64,000 bases of DNA from a virus (lineage: Duplodnaviria; Heunggongvirae; Uroviricota; Caudoviricetes), in the IMG/VR virus record IMGVR_UViG_3300025693_000001, one strand, 5' to 3'. The notes under the pieces are model-generated. The model did no database searches, was not told the origin of the DNA, and saw nothing but the letters and a program-made list of their open reading frames with translations. Both the position numbers and the translations under genes were made by a program. This document shows positions 39,401-49,434 of this stretch, in pieces (within the stretch, counting starts at the first letter, position 1; each line of letters starts with the position of its first letter).

Positions 39401-40463
39401 CCGAACTGAATCCCACAGTGTTTCGCTGTCTGAATGCGTAAGTTGATACCCCGACATCACCGGTGTTATAAATATCGTACCGTTGATACTTCGGATAATC
39501 CGGATCTGTCCAACCATCACCATTTAGCGTCAACAACCCCGTTCCTGTCGCTAGGTGATTAACATCCAAGAATGGTTGAGTAGCAGTTGCAGCATGAATA
39601 TGAACCGGTTGCACCGGGCTGTTAACAAAGTCTGGTGGCAAAGGTGGTACAAAACACGATCTAGTTAGGTAATCAGTAGTATTGGGGCTAGCATTTTCCG
39701 TCATACCATATAACATGCACCCAAATATACGCCCCCCCCAATCGGTTTGGGATAATACAGTATCCATGACCATGGCATTTCTTGTATGATCCACGCGATC
39801 TAACCACGCGCCAGCATAATCCGTGTCATCAATAATGTCCGTGCCCAGGTGATCAGCCACCCTACCCACCTGTTTAGCCGGAGGTTTGTGCCAGTTGGCA
39901 CCGATGCCACCAAAATACGAAATACCATAATCACTACCAGCCCAATACCCCAACCAATTTCCAAGCCATGATTGTCTTGAAAGTGATGACATATGGGTAT
40001 CCGATAGTGCAGCCTCTTCATACTCCACCCGATACGTTATATCCAGCACCTGGGTATTCAATTGTTCACATGGTGGATCCAATCGAACCTTAGTACCTAT
40101 AATCGTGGTACCTAGTCGCACCTGGCGGATGTATCTGGTTGATGATGGTTGGTTGAATCTAGCAATACGCTGAAAGTAACTGGGTGAGCCCAACACGAAA
40201 CTTATTCCTTGTATCGTCGACGATTGTGCTGTGTAGTTCAGGTATGGGGATGAGTTCGAATACCAGTACCCCACTGATCGTATCTCCGCATAATCAACGG
40301 TTGAGACGGACATAGTACCACTAACCTCAGCCCCGTTTAGAAGTTGTTGTATTCCGTATCTGGTTACCATGTTGGTTTCTGTTCGTTCGGAGATGATCTC
40401 CAAGGTTTCAGCATCTCGTAGTGTTAGGGTTACTATCCCACGTGGGTTGAAAGGTTGTGTCAT
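36420..40463 (-). CDS. Large virion/tail protein, copy A (beta-propeller and lectin/LamG-like regions)
   Basis: 1347 aa; LWVA/VWA blades, SSDGGTSW Asp-box, LYIDG...VGA...FRG.M..VQMW; paralogue of 41471-45517. Confidence 0.75.
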   Translation of the reverse strand: MTQPFNPRGIVTLTLRDAETLEIISERTETNMVTRYGIQQLLNGAEVSGTMSVSTVDYAEIRSVGYWYSNSSPYLNYTAQSSTIQGISFVLGSPSYFQRIARFNQPSSTRYIRQVRLGTTIIGTKVRLDPPCEQLNTQVLDITYRVEYEEAALSDTHMSSLSRQSWLGNWLGYWAGSDYGISYFGGIGANWHKPPAKQVGRVADHLGTDIIDDTDYAGAWLDRVDHTRNAMVMDTVLSQTDWGGRIFGCMLYGMTENASPNTTDYLTRSCFVPPLPPDFVNSPVQPVHIHAATATQPFLDVNHLATGTGLLTLNGDGWTDPDYPKYQRYDIYNTGDVGVSTYAFRQRNTVGFSSGTSYSSREDNLGFRHDHKERNDFPTIIGGHGMSTNDDRKMSKFDGRTVICRDTTGITVVDIINGMHNNFDTTTTPPIGGVSVIQTAVDDNKNLWVANGAAGLYKIVDPLGTPTITQMTNVTNGIPIGGETLCMGVAVGAGNTVWALFDGGLSSSSDGGTSWTNYDPGSGHPFSYTNITNDNWHRVVGIVVDVESPVQQMAIVHTFYNVSGWWENHIAWWSTEDTALPGPAIPIYRYYSSAHREGSDMLELACSYTGGMWTWARDYYTNDIYDTETTTILLVYGTTENNQTFGPNTTVSRTTSGLPMIAYDYYGAPYAAASGLIDNVPAMYSIDMKMYNALHGSTDTSSQQASFAMVDADGVGKGLWLRQPNNYDARPMTIRNICPATGLDTLNTRYSPFEEFVWDKYQWNGSDWIKGYHADAVDTSGNLNHATRHNFDVEDYSFTGRSMIDVTPSFATSTFAGTGTLAFTLAPIAKLSASQLLASAQEPHSVVFEINNDGGTNRLMLFWDNDTGNLSLEDGGASVTFPTPVDGGTYRVIVAFDATSAYLYIDGTLVATLTLTATLDFSNPSSTLVAHVGARTHARAFVNNLYNVSNFFRGTMNNVQMWNIAWDQTDVTNDMVDISGVIASKPGANLISRYELTQSLSGLETKPTHVASEATIDGLTNNFTDGATAPAFVAGEYYTVGVVDGLQKDNATTITMRSSIYLASQSDPTFSSFSAHDDTNIVPGVSGTTTERVVFTSYYESSILTQPGEITSDNVSNNGNYGGQSMQTTYGDCSLSFKVNMANMNAAMGFDSIRNTSESSYDPESSVGFKHYFRFYTNGQVSVGYEGNIQASNLTTHAMGDEFRLVRVGSTVTFQKVISGVPTDLYTSGTASSGLLYAQAGVQNPASGFHDILWTYEKDAQVMSCGDSVGGTGAFADDFLAADYPLTLFADGVPLTVVNNIIATANMSEPAAGIVNFNRTSGMLKFNSAQIGAAITGTVVMVTDLPK

Positions 40464-40507
40464 TGTGTTATCCTAAAATATGTATGTATTTGTTATTTAT
40501 GTGAATG

Positions 40508-41452
40508 TTATCCACCGATATTACCACCTGTTAGCACACTAACTTCATATACCGGTACGTGAGGAATATATGTGTCATTCATCACCGATGAGGAAACTAC
40601 CTGGTTGGTATCCAGTGTTAGCCTAGCTACCGCGTATGTGGGTATACTGGGTAAATACGTATTAGCAAATGTTGATACGGATGTTACTTGGTTTGTTGAT
40701 AATGTCAACCGTTCAACGGTATGAACTGGGGTCGATTGGGTGTATGATGCATTCATAGTCGATGCTGTTACCATTATACCAGATAGCCCAGATGATGGAT
40801 CATACCTAATATTGGACGGTTGATGAAGGCCGTCACGATATATCGATAGTATACGAAAAGCACTTGTTGTGTTTGGTGTTATTGATATTCGACTGCTACC
40901 TTCAGGAACAACATCAAACGTTATCCACGGTCCCAACATCGGTAAATGTTGTATCTGATATTCTTCAAGATAATGAGAGTCGCATGTAGGTAACGTCCAA
41001 CTTAATTGGTATTTGGTGGTTGGCGTGAAATATCCCGTAGAAGTTGCATAAGCTATATAATATAGTGTTGCTCCCCGACAGTCATATTTGGCATAGGACG
41101 TATATGATGCGTCCATCGTCGATTTTGATGTTGGCGTTCCGTATACAACAACTTCATCATACCGCTCAGCCAACGTAAAACGATCAACATATATACGAAA
41201 ATAACGATCCGATGAATCCACTGCATCGTAGGTAACCGATGTAGCATACACAGAAGTCAACCAATTCACGGGGGTTCCCCGAGTTTGCTCCCATTGGTAG
41301 TTGTGCAGTTCCGTATCGGTTGGATCTATCGTTATTGTTGCATTCAGTGTAACCGTAGTACTACACATAGCATATTGGTCAGGGCCAGCATCAACACCAA
41401 CCGGAATGATTGGTGTTGGAGCGCCTATGATTGATACATTTTGAAATGCCAT
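40508..41452 (-). CDS. Virion protein, copy A (PKD/Ig-like, FN3-like, C-terminal repeats)
   Basis: VDAGPDQ...YQWEQ..G; LSWTLP...YQIQ...W; three ~29-aa C-terminal repeats. Confidence 0.72.
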   Translation of the reverse strand: MAFQNVSIIGAPTPIIPVGVDAGPDQYAMCSTTVTLNATITIDPTDTELHNYQWEQTRGTPVNWLTSVYATSVTYDAVDSSDRYFRIYVDRFTLAERYDEVVVYGTPTSKSTMDASYTSYAKYDCRGATLYYIAYATSTGYFTPTTKYQLSWTLPTCDSHYLEEYQIQHLPMLGPWITFDVVPEGSSRISITPNTTSAFRILSIYRDGLHQPSNIRYDPSSGLSGIMVTASTMNASYTQSTPVHTVERLTLSTNQVTSVSTFANTYLPSIPTYAVARLTLDTNQVVSSSVMNDTYIPHVPVYEVSVLTGGNIGG

Positions 41453-41470
41453 TATATAACCCTTAGCACG

Positions 41471-44400
41471 TTACGCGGTACCCTGCGGAATGGTATTCAC
41501 CACAGTCACATATCCTGTTATAGTTTTACCAACTTCGGCGGAGTTAAACATCACTGCCCCCGATATATAATTATACGTGCACGTGCCGGGGGCTGGTTCC
41601 GTTGTGAATATAACTGGAGTTGAGCTGGTTACGACGTCCAACTCAACACCATCAGCCAATACCTGCGAGGCCCCACTACCACCCAGGTAATTTGGATTGA
41701 ATAAGCCATCACCATTGGTGGAATTACCAAACTGTAACGTGTGTGCTGGTTTTTCGTATGTGACGCTCATATCATAATACGATCCGATACCACTATTGAT
41801 ATTCACAACCATGGCAATTGGGCTTGATATGCTATAAGCGCTAGTGTGAATTAGTGTTTTCACTCCAATCACATATTTGTATAATAGCATCGTGGTACCT
41901 TCGCGTGCCAACACGAACGTGTCCCCTGGTGCCCACGATGATATACCAGTAGTACGTGTTGTGCTGCCAGTGAAGTGCGTAAGTGTATTATCCGAAACAA
42001 ATCTATAGCTCTGGTCAATGTTGGATAGAAATTGGTTGTTCCACCCTGCTGCTATTGAAGTGGATAACCCAAACTGCGAATCGATCTTAACCTGCCCGAG
42101 GGTAAACGTACACTCGAAGTCCCCACTGGTTGATTGCATTGTCCATGCTCCAGCGCCGCTATAGTTAGTGAGCTGTGATCCACATATCACACCAGACTGA
42201 CCTGCTATGGCTTTTGTGTATGTTTTACCAAACATTGCAGGTTCCGTAACAGTAATTGTTCCGGCTGGTACTATATTTGACCCACCATCCCCACCAGCAA
42301 TTGTAGTTACATCTTCGGACGTACCCGTATCAAACCACCGTCCCGTGTGCGTTAGAGATGTGGCGTTATCTTTTAGCAACCCATCAGCAACACCAACGGT
42401 ATAATACTCCCCAGCCACAAACGAACCAGGAAGGGCACCATCTGCAAAACTGTTGGTTAACCCATCCCACAACGGATCATCGGTTACGTGGGTTGTTTTT
42501 GTTTCAGTACCATCCAGTGATTGCGTCATTTCGAATCGTGTTATCAGCGTGCTACCTACAGGTGGTGTTATAACACCACCGATATCCAACATATCTGATG
42601 TGACAGCAGCTTGATCCCATATACCAGTCCAACACTGCACATTGGTCATGTTTCCACGGAAGAAACGGCGCACCATTGGTCGTCCGTTGCTATATACAGC
42701 AGTCGATCCAAGTTTTGCCACAACACCCGTTGAACTCGGGTTTGATAAATCTATCGGCGACGATAATAACAACGTCATGATTAGAGTCCCATCCAGATAC
42801 ACCTTGGCATCTGTTGCAGACACTGTTGCAACTACCCTATAAGTTCCACCAGCCGCTGGTGTAGGTACGGTCACCACTGCACCAGATTGCACGTTACTAA
42901 AAATCGACATAGTGCTGGCTCCACCACGAGCACCACCATCCCACGTAAGCAACAGATTATCACCACCAGCTGCTACTTCAAGTATGGATGCTTGTTGCTC
43001 TTGTTGCCCTATCGTAGTCCTGCTAGCGGATGTGAGCTTATCGCTGGGGTTTAACGTAACAGCAAACGTTGCGTCCGTTCCAAAAACTCCAGTACCAAAA
43101 GTATTGGAGAAATCGATGTTTGATCGTCCTGTAAAGAAGTACGATTCGACGTCAAAATTGTGTCGTATCGCATCGTTTGCATTTCCTGATGTATCGACAG
43201 CGGGGTGGTGGTAGTTAAGTTCCCAATCAGTACCATTCCATTGCATCTTATCCCACGTATTTTCCTCAAATACCGAGTGTTGATAATTCAGCGTTCCGTG
43301 ACTATAACCAACCGACATCCCCATCAAACGCACGGCGTTGTTTGCGTGCGTGTCGTAGTTGAATCTGATTAAACCCTTGCCAACACCAGTGCTCGGATCG
43401 TGCATTGGCATTCCGATTTCTCGAGATCTTATAACAGTAGATAATGTTGTGTACCGCATATCATTAATCCGGTTTCTATCACGATCGACGAACCCCCTAG
43501 CATAGGATGCCGCATACACATAATCCGTCTGAACATATGCGTGTGGGTTGTTGTGGTAGTCGTACATAAATGTCAACCCTTCACACCGACTATTCACCGA
43601 TCCATTGTTCCCAGCAGAGAAATCAGTAAAGGCCGTGGAACCATACGTGTACCCATTGTATTCTGTGTAATAATATGGGTCTCCACTACTCTCTTCCGAA
43701 GGTCCACCAACCCAAAAACCACCATAAATGGAGCAACCAAACATATGTGGTGCTCCAGCTAGTGGACCTATCACCGCTGCATCCACATCAGACCACCATA
43801 TCACCTGGTGTGTCGATGCTGTGACGTACTGCAAAATACCAATTTCATCACTCTCCTGATCAGCTTTGATGCTCCGGATCTTAGTCCAATTGCCATCAGA
43901 TATTCCAACATACGAAAATGGGTGGGTGCTGTTTTCGTCATATATAGTCCACGTAACTCCAGCATCCGTAGTGCTGCAAATACCACCATCGAACGCCGCC
44001 CAAATTTTATCATCCTTTCCAACACAAACTCCCAAACACGATACATCCCCCCCCACAGGAATACCATGTGTGGCATTGGAGAAGTGTGTTATGGTTGCAA
44101 CACCCAACGGATTAGCGATCCTAAATAACCCTGCTTGAGTATCAGCAACCCAGATATCTTTGCCGTTGTCAACTATCGCTTCTCTTATGTTTGATACGGG
44201 TAACGACGGTGTTGTTGTAGCATCGAATATTGTGCTACTGGCATCAATCACATCAACAAACGTAATGCCTGTAAGATCACGGTACATCAACACCCGACCA
44301 TTTAAGTTTCTTGTATGTTTACCGGAATATTTTTGCAGTCCGTGTCCACCTCTGATCGTTGGATACCTAATTACCTCACCCTCAGGGGTATCAGCAACGA

Positions 44401-45517
44401 ATGCCATTGGTACGTGATGGCTCGCATAGCTATTACCCGAATACCCGATTGTGTTCTGGCGGCGAATCGAGTACCGAGCAACACCAGTTTCCCCCGTGCT
44501 AGTCATCTCAAATCTCAAATATTTGGGATAGTCGGGGTTTGTCCACGCATCACCATTCAAACTTAACGTTCCGGTACCAACAGCCAAGTGGTTGACATCC
44601 AAGAATGGAGCAACAGCCGAAGCACTATGATTGTGAATGTTCTGGATTGGTGTGTTTGGGAATTGTGGTCCACGGGTACTAAACGGTATCACAGTTTTGA
44701 GGTTCGCGAAATCAGTGTTAGTGTCATCCATGGCAGCGCCGTATGCAACACTCCCGATTACTCGGCCAACATAATCCGCTTGCTCCAACGTTGTGCTCCA
44801 AGTCATGCGTTGTAGACGAAAATCATATGAATCACTTGGTGTGTGGAAGTCCCAGTTTTCCCCCGTGTGGTGGAATTTTAGATTATCCACCTGCACTGCT
44901 AACTTTGCATTCCACAGTGGATACGAGTTGTATACGTAGTTGTATCCGGGGAACACCTTCTGGTATGCTGCTTGATGGCCGGTTGTTTCATCCTGGTAGT
45001 GAAGTAGGGTGTGTATGCTGGATCGCCCACTATTTCCCATAACCGATACATCGGTACTCTCCACAAAATACAGTCGATATGTCACATCCAATATCTGGGT
45101 GGCAGTTTGTTCACATGGTGGGTCCAATTGGACTCTAGTTATAATGCCACTTCCGGATGGATAGTCATTCAACATGACATTGCGGATGGATCGCGTTGAA
45201 GTGGGTTGATTAAACCGCACCACAATTTCCCAATAGTGGGGATCTGTACCATTATCGTGGTACGTCCAACTTTTCGTTTTGGAATCGTATCGGATCCGGT
45301 CTTCGTGTACAACATCAACCCGCCATAACGCGTTCGAGTCGCCATAGGCAGTAGTGGATATGATTGGTGCTAGCTCATCATCTATGTTGTTATACGCTAA
45401 CGTCTGCACACCTCTTTGTGTGAAGTGGTTTCTTTCATCGCGAGATTCAATAACTTCCAATGTATCTGCATCTCGTAGCGTCAGCGTAACATTACCTTTG
45501 TAGCCAAGTTCTTTCAT
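41471..45517 (-). CDS. Large virion/tail protein, copy B
   Basis: 1348 aa; shares PFLDVNHLA.GTG, PDYPKY, RHNFDVE, FVAGEYYTVGV.DGL.KDNAT with copy A; TATAAATA at 45552-45559. Confidence 0.75.
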   Translation of the reverse strand: MKELGYKGNVTLTLRDADTLEVIESRDERNHFTQRGVQTLAYNNIDDELAPIISTTAYGDSNALWRVDVVHEDRIRYDSKTKSWTYHDNGTDPHYWEIVVRFNQPTSTRSIRNVMLNDYPSGSGIITRVQLDPPCEQTATQILDVTYRLYFVESTDVSVMGNSGRSSIHTLLHYQDETTGHQAAYQKVFPGYNYVYNSYPLWNAKLAVQVDNLKFHHTGENWDFHTPSDSYDFRLQRMTWSTTLEQADYVGRVIGSVAYGAAMDDTNTDFANLKTVIPFSTRGPQFPNTPIQNIHNHSASAVAPFLDVNHLAVGTGTLSLNGDAWTNPDYPKYLRFEMTSTGETGVARYSIRRQNTIGYSGNSYASHHVPMAFVADTPEGEVIRYPTIRGGHGLQKYSGKHTRNLNGRVLMYRDLTGITFVDVIDASSTIFDATTTPSLPVSNIREAIVDNGKDIWVADTQAGLFRIANPLGVATITHFSNATHGIPVGGDVSCLGVCVGKDDKIWAAFDGGICSTTDAGVTWTIYDENSTHPFSYVGISDGNWTKIRSIKADQESDEIGILQYVTASTHQVIWWSDVDAAVIGPLAGAPHMFGCSIYGGFWVGGPSEESSGDPYYYTEYNGYTYGSTAFTDFSAGNNGSVNSRCEGLTFMYDYHNNPHAYVQTDYVYAASYARGFVDRDRNRINDMRYTTLSTVIRSREIGMPMHDPSTGVGKGLIRFNYDTHANNAVRLMGMSVGYSHGTLNYQHSVFEENTWDKMQWNGTDWELNYHHPAVDTSGNANDAIRHNFDVESYFFTGRSNIDFSNTFGTGVFGTDATFAVTLNPSDKLTSASRTTIGQQEQQASILEVAAGGDNLLLTWDGGARGGASTMSIFSNVQSGAVVTVPTPAAGGTYRVVATVSATDAKVYLDGTLIMTLLLSSPIDLSNPSSTGVVAKLGSTAVYSNGRPMVRRFFRGNMTNVQCWTGIWDQAAVTSDMLDIGGVITPPVGSTLITRFEMTQSLDGTETKTTHVTDDPLWDGLTNSFADGALPGSFVAGEYYTVGVADGLLKDNATSLTHTGRWFDTGTSEDVTTIAGGDGGSNIVPAGTITVTEPAMFGKTYTKAIAGQSGVICGSQLTNYSGAGAWTMQSTSGDFECTFTLGQVKIDSQFGLSTSIAAGWNNQFLSNIDQSYRFVSDNTLTHFTGSTTRTTGISSWAPGDTFVLAREGTTMLLYKYVIGVKTLIHTSAYSISSPIAMVVNINSGIGSYYDMSVTYEKPAHTLQFGNSTNGDGLFNPNYLGGSGASQVLADGVELDVVTSSTPVIFTTEPAPGTCTYNYISGAVMFNSAEVGKTITGYVTVVNTIPQGTA

Positions 45518-45562
45518 TATAATACATTCCCAAATGGTTTTATGTGTTGAGTATTTATAGCG

Positions 45563-46513
45563 TTACCCTCCAATACCGATACCAGTCAGCTCATCAACAA
45601 CATAATTAGTAACGTACGAATCTACGGTATCACCAACGATGTGTGTTGAATCACCACCATATAAATCTTTCTTGGTTAGTTGCACCACAACATAATTAGT
45701 AACATACGAATCTACGGTATCACCAACGATGTGCGTTGAGTCACCAGCATATAACTCTTTCTTTGTTAGCATCTGAACCACAAAGTTGGTCGTATACGAA
45801 TCTACGGTACTCCCAACATTATGCGACGATTGCATGATACCAGCTTTCCCATCTATGGATTCGTATATCCAATTTGAGTGTTGGTGAAACCCATCATTAT
45901 ACACGGATGTAACTCGAAATATACCATTTATGTTCGGGGTTACAAATTTACGAATTTCACCGATACCAACAACCCTGAGTGTTATCCAGGGTCCTGCTGT
46001 GGTTTTTTGCTGAACGTGGAATTCGATAAATTGAACATCATCGCACGTAGGGGCGGTCCACGATAGTTCGTATTGGGATACAGGATCGAGTGAACCGACA
46101 GCTGATGTATATGATAAATGTGATAACGTAACATTGCGGCATGGGCTCGTGTTATAGCCATCAACGGTATCACCAACTTTGTGTGTTGAATTCGGTGTAC
46201 CATATACGACGATATCATCGTATCGTTCAGCCAGCGAGAACCTATCAACGTATATGCGGAATGATCTATCCGATGAGTCGGTAGCTTCATATGTTGCTGA
46301 TGTGGCATGTTGCGATGTTAACCACGTTACACTTGGTCCGCTCAATTGCACCCACTGGTAATTGTGAAGTTCGGTATCGGTCTCATGTACGGTGATGGTA
46401 GCCGTTAGGGTAACCGTGAACTCACAGATGACAAACCTATCAGGGCCAGCATCAACACCAACCGGAATGATTGGTGTTGGAGCGCCTATGATTGATACAT
46501 TTTGAAATGCCAT
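45563..46513 (-). CDS. Virion protein, copy B
   Basis: 316 aa; paralogue of 40508-41452. Confidence 0.72.
   Translation of the reverse strand: MAFQNVSIIGAPTPIIPVGVDAGPDRFVICEFTVTLTATITVHETDTELHNYQWVQLSGPSVTWLTSQHATSATYEATDSSDRSFRIYVDRFSLAERYDDIVVYGTPNSTHKVGDTVDGYNTSPCRNVTLSHLSYTSAVGSLDPVSQYELSWTAPTCDDVQFIEFHVQQKTTAGPWITLRVVGIGEIRKFVTPNINGIFRVTSVYNDGFHQHSNWIYESIDGKAGIMQSSHNVGSTVDSYTTNFVVQMLTKKELYAGDSTHIVGDTVDSYVTNYVVVQLTKKDLYGGDSTHIVGDTVDSYVTNYVVDELTGIGIGG
45597..45830 (-). repeat. Coding tandem repeat, 90-nt period, about 2.6 units
   Basis: TACGAATCTACGGTA recurs at 90-nt spacing; H(I/N)VG(D/S)TVDSY.TN(Y/F)VV. Confidence 0.85.
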
Positions 46514-46525
46514 AAATCCCTCGCG

Positions 46526-49375
46526 TTACGCTATACTACACTGATCTGTTGTCGCGCAAGCCACTATCGTTATACCAATTCCACCAAGCGTTGGATCTGC
46601 TGCGTTGGCAGGATCAGTCCACAATTGCACACTATCCCCTCGAACGAGTGATATTGTACTAGGGATAACGATAACTCCCGTTAGTGATCCTGCAGCAAAG
46701 GTAATCGTTCCAACGTCTGAAATCACATGCGTGACACCATCAACTTTACGTAATATCAAATCGGATGATATATCGGCAGCAATTTCTGTTGTGATAGCGA
46801 TGGATAAACTCGGATCATTCACAACCAACGATCTACTCACGCTATATATACCCATTAAGGTGTTTTGCTGCAATGCTCCAATGATGGAGAATGCGATATC
46901 GTATGGTATTGATATAGGACCACCATTAACCGCCACGGGTACCCAGGAGCTGCCATCGGCGTAAAATAACATATTTTCATCACGAACGTGGATAACCATA
47001 CCCTCGACAGACCCAGCTGTTGGTGCATCAGCAATAGTCAGATATGTTGGTCGTTTTGATGCTTTAGTATCCACCAACTTTTCCAACGCACCTTGAACAT
47101 GCACTGATGTTATTTCCGTGTTGGATATGGTAGTTGGTGTCCCCCAGTTTGGGCTGGTGGCATACGCGTCCACTCCGATGTCCACTCCCATATGAGAATG
47201 TGACAATACTGAATACGTTAGCGCCAAATCAGCTGGTTCCAATCCCTGCCAAAACTTAACATCATTCACTCCACCATCGGCGTATTGCTTAACACTCAAA
47301 ACGTTGGTGCTCATTACTGTGGTAGCATCGTCAACCGAAATAGCTGCTGCCCCACCAAATAATATCCACTTGTCACCATCAAACGCGAATTGATCGAATG
47401 CGTGCAGTGATGATTCAAAGTTAACATACACCGCATTGTTTGTTGTTGGTATTTCAAATCCCGTCAGATTACCCGTAGCATCATACAAGGCTATGTGGCC
47501 TTCGTGTCCCGTAAACGATCCACTCGACGTTGTTGGGGATTGCATTGATATTCCCAACCGAAGATCGGGTCCCATTGCTGTTAGTGGTCCCAAGTCAACC
47601 CAAGCGTCTCCATCCCAAAGTACGATATTCCCACCAGGAATACCACTCCACGCTCCGATTGCTCCACTCGGTAGAATGTATGCATCAGATGGGGTTGGGG
47701 TGATAGGGGGGACGGCAATGCTAGTGGATATCATATTAACCAGTCGGATTGGATCTAACCACACCAAACCACTCACCAACCCATCAACATACTGTTTTGT
47801 TGCAGCGTGCAGAGGCGTTGATGGGTTGCCGTACAATGTTAATGGTCCAGTCATCGTATCACCACCAACATTTACCTTTTCTTGATCCAACTCTTGAAAT
47901 GCTAATTGTGCATTTGCAGATGTCAGCGTACCAGAAGGTGTAACCAACACATCTTGAGCAGGGTGGGTGTGTGGAGATGGTATTCTGGAGTCTGTCAATC
48001 TCGGATCAGTATCAGACACAACCAATCCCCGTTGAGGATCTGAGGATGGTGTTATTAGCGTGACAGCTCCTAAGTGTATTGTGTCTGCCACGGGTAGGTC
48101 TGTTAGTGATCCAGGAGGTCCCTGATCACCCACACCACCAAGCCCCTGTTCGAATATTATCGTATCCACATTAAGGACACGAGCGACAGGAACCCTGGGT
48201 GTGCCATATGTTAACACATCGACAGTGTGTGGATTGATCGATACCAACTCACCATTTTCAACCCACAACGCAGAACCAACCGGTACTGCATTCGGACCGG
48301 ATGTCCAATTCCACTCAGGGTTTGTTATTACACCCTGTATGATAACAGCCCCAACCTCATGCAACAGGACATCCTCGGTTAACATACCGACAACGGCAGT
48401 ACCGGTGTGGTTGTATTGGGCAGTTCCAACCTCTCCTTCACCAACCCACGCAACAACAGTAAACGCGGCTATCGCAGATTCCACTGATGATCCACGAGCC
48501 ACGTTAGATTCTAACCGCAGGGCATCGACCCTCGATTGGTTTGTGAAGAATTGGTCCTCGGTAGTTAGAAATGTGTTATCATCTCGAATGATAATATTGG
48601 CGTTTTCTGTAAATAAAACGCGGCCTATCATCGTGGTGTTTGTGTCTCCGATTTGTGTACCAGTGAATGTATTGTGTCCGTATATGCTAGCGCTAGTGAA
48701 CACTCGGTTTAGCATTTTTGCAGCAAAAACTCGAAGCACCTGCACCCAAGATCCGGCTTGCAGCTCGTAGTGGATGTGATCGTTGGTATCATACCACATG
48801 CGGCCTTCGGTGCGAAGTGGTATACCAGAACGATCGAGATCGAGTGATACATTACCATCAACGGTCGTATCCGTTATCGGTTCAGCTACTGTAAGTGATG
48901 TTAGACCAGTACTACCATCATATACAGCGTATACAATGGTGTACATACCGTCATTTGCTGTTGAGTCAGCTACGGCAATTGGACGGTTGGGTTGCAGGGT
49001 ATATTGCCCATTAACAATGAATTTGGCGTGATTGTTTGATCCCGTTACAACTCCAACGATATCAACTCCTGTTGATCCTGGTGGCATTGATTGAGCTACT
49101 GGTTCGAGTGACGTGTATCCGTATGATCTGAGAAACCTATCCTGTGAAAATTCCCAATACAGCCAATGCTCTACGTTACCAGCGAATGGTCCCACCCAAG
49201 CATCCACAACCGTGGTGTCATCCGAGTGTAGGTAATCGGTGTGGTGGTGAGCAATCGCAACCACCACTGGGCGGTTATTTGCCAGTAAATCAACGTTACC
49301 TGCTGTGTTAATGTGTAGGAAGCCACCTGCTTGATGGCTAACTAGACCTTGTCGCATATCTACTCTCATGTACAT
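46526..49375 (-). CDS. Tail fibre / virion structural protein
   Basis: 949 aa; GDQGPPG, DPRLTDSR.P..HTH, GDTMTGPLTL...HAATKQYVD; CATAAATA at 49400-49407. Confidence 0.72.
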   Translation of the reverse strand: MYMRVDMRQGLVSHQAGGFLHINTAGNVDLLANNRPVVVAIAHHHTDYLHSDDTTVVDAWVGPFAGNVEHWLYWEFSQDRFLRSYGYTSLEPVAQSMPPGSTGVDIVGVVTGSNNHAKFIVNGQYTLQPNRPIAVADSTANDGMYTIVYAVYDGSTGLTSLTVAEPITDTTVDGNVSLDLDRSGIPLRTEGRMWYDTNDHIHYELQAGSWVQVLRVFAAKMLNRVFTSASIYGHNTFTGTQIGDTNTTMIGRVLFTENANIIIRDDNTFLTTEDQFFTNQSRVDALRLESNVARGSSVESAIAAFTVVAWVGEGEVGTAQYNHTGTAVVGMLTEDVLLHEVGAVIIQGVITNPEWNWTSGPNAVPVGSALWVENGELVSINPHTVDVLTYGTPRVPVARVLNVDTIIFEQGLGGVGDQGPPGSLTDLPVADTIHLGAVTLITPSSDPQRGLVVSDTDPRLTDSRIPSPHTHPAQDVLVTPSGTLTSANAQLAFQELDQEKVNVGGDTMTGPLTLYGNPSTPLHAATKQYVDGLVSGLVWLDPIRLVNMISTSIAVPPITPTPSDAYILPSGAIGAWSGIPGGNIVLWDGDAWVDLGPLTAMGPDLRLGISMQSPTTSSGSFTGHEGHIALYDATGNLTGFEIPTTNNAVYVNFESSLHAFDQFAFDGDKWILFGGAAAISVDDATTVMSTNVLSVKQYADGGVNDVKFWQGLEPADLALTYSVLSHSHMGVDIGVDAYATSPNWGTPTTISNTEITSVHVQGALEKLVDTKASKRPTYLTIADAPTAGSVEGMVIHVRDENMLFYADGSSWVPVAVNGGPISIPYDIAFSIIGALQQNTLMGIYSVSRSLVVNDPSLSIAITTEIAADISSDLILRKVDGVTHVISDVGTITFAAGSLTGVIVIPSTISLVRGDSVQLWTDPANAADPTLGGIGITIVACATTDQCSIA

Positions 49376-49434
49376 TATCCTTAAAAAATGTGTTTCGAGT
49401 ATTTATGACTGTGGGCATTGCGGCCAGGGTTATG

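Larger units (their letters stand above)
41379..46513. repeat. 74-bp identical direct repeat (41379-41452 and 46440-46513)
   Basis: Identical nucleotides encoding MAFQNVSIIGAPTPIIPVGVDAGPD, 5061 bp apart. Confidence 0.9.

Noticed and set aside
45597-45830. CRISPR array or DGR template/variable repeat
   Set aside because: Repeats are in-frame coding units without unique spacers; differences are not adenine-specific; no reverse transcriptase or cas gene in the window.
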